Assembly (NCBI GenBank): GCA_038087875.1
Contig: CM075992.1
Location: 5,334,001 to 5,398,000 of the forward strand
Source: Malacoraja senta
Lineage: Eukaryota
Direction: 5' to 3'
Length of the DNA stretch: 64,000 nt
Position 1 is the first letter of the stretch. Each line of letters starts with the position of its first letter. Below, piece by piece: positions 61,496 to 64,000 of this stretch. The position numbers and the translations under genes are program-made. Below the pieces are notes generated by a model. It did not search any database, was not told the DNA's origin, and saw nothing but the letters and a program-made list of their open reading frames with translations.

Positions 61496-63496
61496 GAAAG
61501 TGTGTTTGGAACCAACTTTTTCTCTTGGACTAATTTACCAAGTAAATGCATCACTGAAGCATTATCACCAAACGGCGATCACCTAGTCATTAATCTCAAA
61601 GTAGCATTATGTTGTGTGGCTATCTAGCAGTTTATACATTTTGAAAGTAATTTTTGCTCCATAGTACTTAGGGATTCTCTGGAGGCATGGAAGGCATGAT
61701 ATAAATGTAAATGCAATGCTCCCACAACAAGCATTTGATAAACTCAGTTAGCTTCTATATTCCACCTTCCCATTTCTAACACACACACCATTGCAATTTT
61801 GGATCCATCCACATAGTATTGAAGGAACCCAATGTGCCCATGCATATTCACATATGCGCAAGCTCTTTGGGACATTAAACCATCACTAAGCACAAGACTG
61901 TGGAGAAATAAACAATGCAGATGCTGGAATTATGAGCAAAAAACAAAACGCTGGAGGACAACAACAGTGGAGGTAAAAGGACAGATGACGTTTCTAGTTG
62001 GGACGAATCTTCAGACAGAATAGCACAAGGTTGTGCCTGGCCTAAACAAACTCAACAATCAATGGCACAAATAAAGGATGGATATTTATGTCGAGCCCTT
62101 CTGAACCTGAGGAAACAGGGAAAGAAAAGAGTCTCATTTGCAGTATTTCACTGATTGACTTTGTTCCACAAAACCTTTTCATGAGAAGATTAATCAGTCC
62201 CAAATATTCCTCAGGCAATGATTGCAGGAATCTCCAAGTGTTGCATAATGCTTTTTGGTGGTTTGTAAATTGCACATAAAAACAGGTCCTAACTAAACCT
62301 CATGGTTGTAAAAAGCCCACACAGTTTATATGTAAAGTTTGATTTACAGATTAACATGATAAAAATCATTTCTGAATCATAAGGCAGTTTTCTCAGTAGC
62401 TAGACTGTAATGGTATTTTGAGAAATAGTAATTACTCTCATTGACATTACATTGCATTGTATCCTTTCAGTTATATAAAAAATAAAGCAAGATTTCTGTG
62501 TTCAGCTTCGTGAGTCCTATCTGCCATTCAACCACAGTGCATTCTGTCTCTCACGACATCACCTTTCCCCTCAATCCCCTTGATTCACCAAGCATCAAAA
62601 TATCTATCAGTCTCTGCCTCAACGCAATGGCCAAATCCATAGCCCTATGAGCAAGAGCATTCCAAAGACTTGCAACTCTCTGAATGAAGTAATTTCCTTT
62701 CAAGCCAGTCATTAGTGGCCAACCTCTTATCTTTCAACTACACCGCCTGGTTTCTAGCCCAAAGAAACTCTGACAATCCCTCACGGGATCTTGAGTGTCA
62801 TGATGAATGTTTCCAGATCCTTTCTCCGCAATCTCTTCCCATAGGACCACCCTCATGATAACCTTCTCATAATATTGCCAGAAAGAAAACAGAACAATTA
62901 ACAACACTCAATGTTAGTACCTGTCATTGCACAATCTAATGACCAGAGGGATAATCTCCACTATTGCAGTCCCTACTTTGTAACCATTGAGTGATACACT
63001 GAACCCCATTCTCATTGTCAAACCGTGATATTTTCCAGGGTAACATATCAGAATGACCACTGTATAGAAACTGCACTGAGCAGTCAGTTACACCTCCATG
63101 ACAATATTACAATATTCCCACATTTAAATTACATTTGCTGCTTCACCTAAGAACTAATATCTTCATTTCATCTAGGCTCAATCGAGCACACACTGTATGT
63201 CTTGTTGACCAAAACACATATGTCTTGATGACCAATGCACTGTTGACAATTAAATTTCATTTTTCAAAATTAGTAGCAGGTGCACGCTAGCAGTGGCAAT
63301 CCTCTTGGGCAAAATTAGCTCTTATTTCCTGGTGTTAGAGTAGGTACAATAGCTAATGCCTTGGCATGTCTTGGCAAGGTGCCAAGTTAGTGAATGTTTC
63401 AGGTCACATTTTGTTAATGTCTAATCTTTACAATTACTTTAACCTTCAGAAACTTTAATTAATTAGGATTCACAATAGCTCTTTACACTCATTAGG

Positions 63497-63755
63497 GAAC
63501 AGTACAGCATAGGATCAGGCCCTTTGGCCCACAAAGTCCATGCTGAAGATGAAGCCAAGTTAAACAAATCTCCTCTGCATTATATCAGACATAGATCAGA
63601 GACATTTGACCAAAAGCAGCACATTATCGAACAGTACAGCAAGGAAAAGGCCCGTTGGCCCACAAAGTCCATGCCAAATATGATGCCAAGTTAAACTAAT
63701 CTGCTCTGTATTACGTAGGCCATAACTTGGTTCATAGACTATTGACCAAAAACAT
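63497..63755. repeat. Diverged about 132-bp tandem duplication of a CR1 3' end plus flank
   Basis: GAACAGTACAGCA...CCAAGTTAAAC...GACNNTTGACCAAAA occurs twice, at about 63498 and 63629. Confidence 0.7.
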
Positions 63756-64000
63756 CAAAAAGATAGTGCAACGAGCAATAGAACATAATACAACTACTGA
63801 TACAATTTAATATTCATTTAAAGGCTGGATAGTTCGTTATTTATAAGTTACGTCATGTAAAATGTCAATGTTCACGTGGTTACGACAAATAATGCCCAAG
63901 GAATGTAACTCCGTTGAAAACTAGATTTGCCAACATATAATTCATCAAAGTGATTCAATAGTATAACTAACATAAACGCCCTTATTTAGCTTAATATCAC

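Overview
Repeat-dense eukaryotic genomic DNA, not prokaryotic. The repeat complement (HE1-type tRNA-derived V-SINEs, CR1 LINEs, DeuSINE relics) points to an elasmobranch, probably a skate or ray; this is an inference. No complete or recognisable host protein-coding gene is present. Nearly all ORFs in the track come from retrotransposons or are spurious. Content: about 20 HE1-like SINEs, many 5'-truncated CR1 LINEs (largest about 1.9 kb, with RT domain), Rex1/Babar and L1 3' fragments, Neptune-like Penelope-like element (PLE) fragments with GIY-YIG endonuclease remnants, four related PIF/Harbinger-type MITEs, hAT fragments and a 22-bp minisatellite. The main signal is a short PLE-derived terminal module, roughly 30 copies by eye. 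It carries a minimal type I hammerhead ribozyme motif (CTGAAGA-A-GGGT-N4-RCCC-GAAACGTY), with an intact core in at least nine copies. The module inserts with 8-15 bp target-site duplications (TSDs), often as head-to-head inverted pairs. In one case it carries a 62-bp exact copy of DNA from 0.8 kb away. Its GAACTGCAGAT tail seems to be hit repeatedly by other insertions. A candidate NF-kB/PU.1/TATA promoter with a short first exon (about 1.84-2.07 kb) and a few weak candidate exons hint at an unidentified + strand gene. Coordinates were read by eye and may be off by a few bases.
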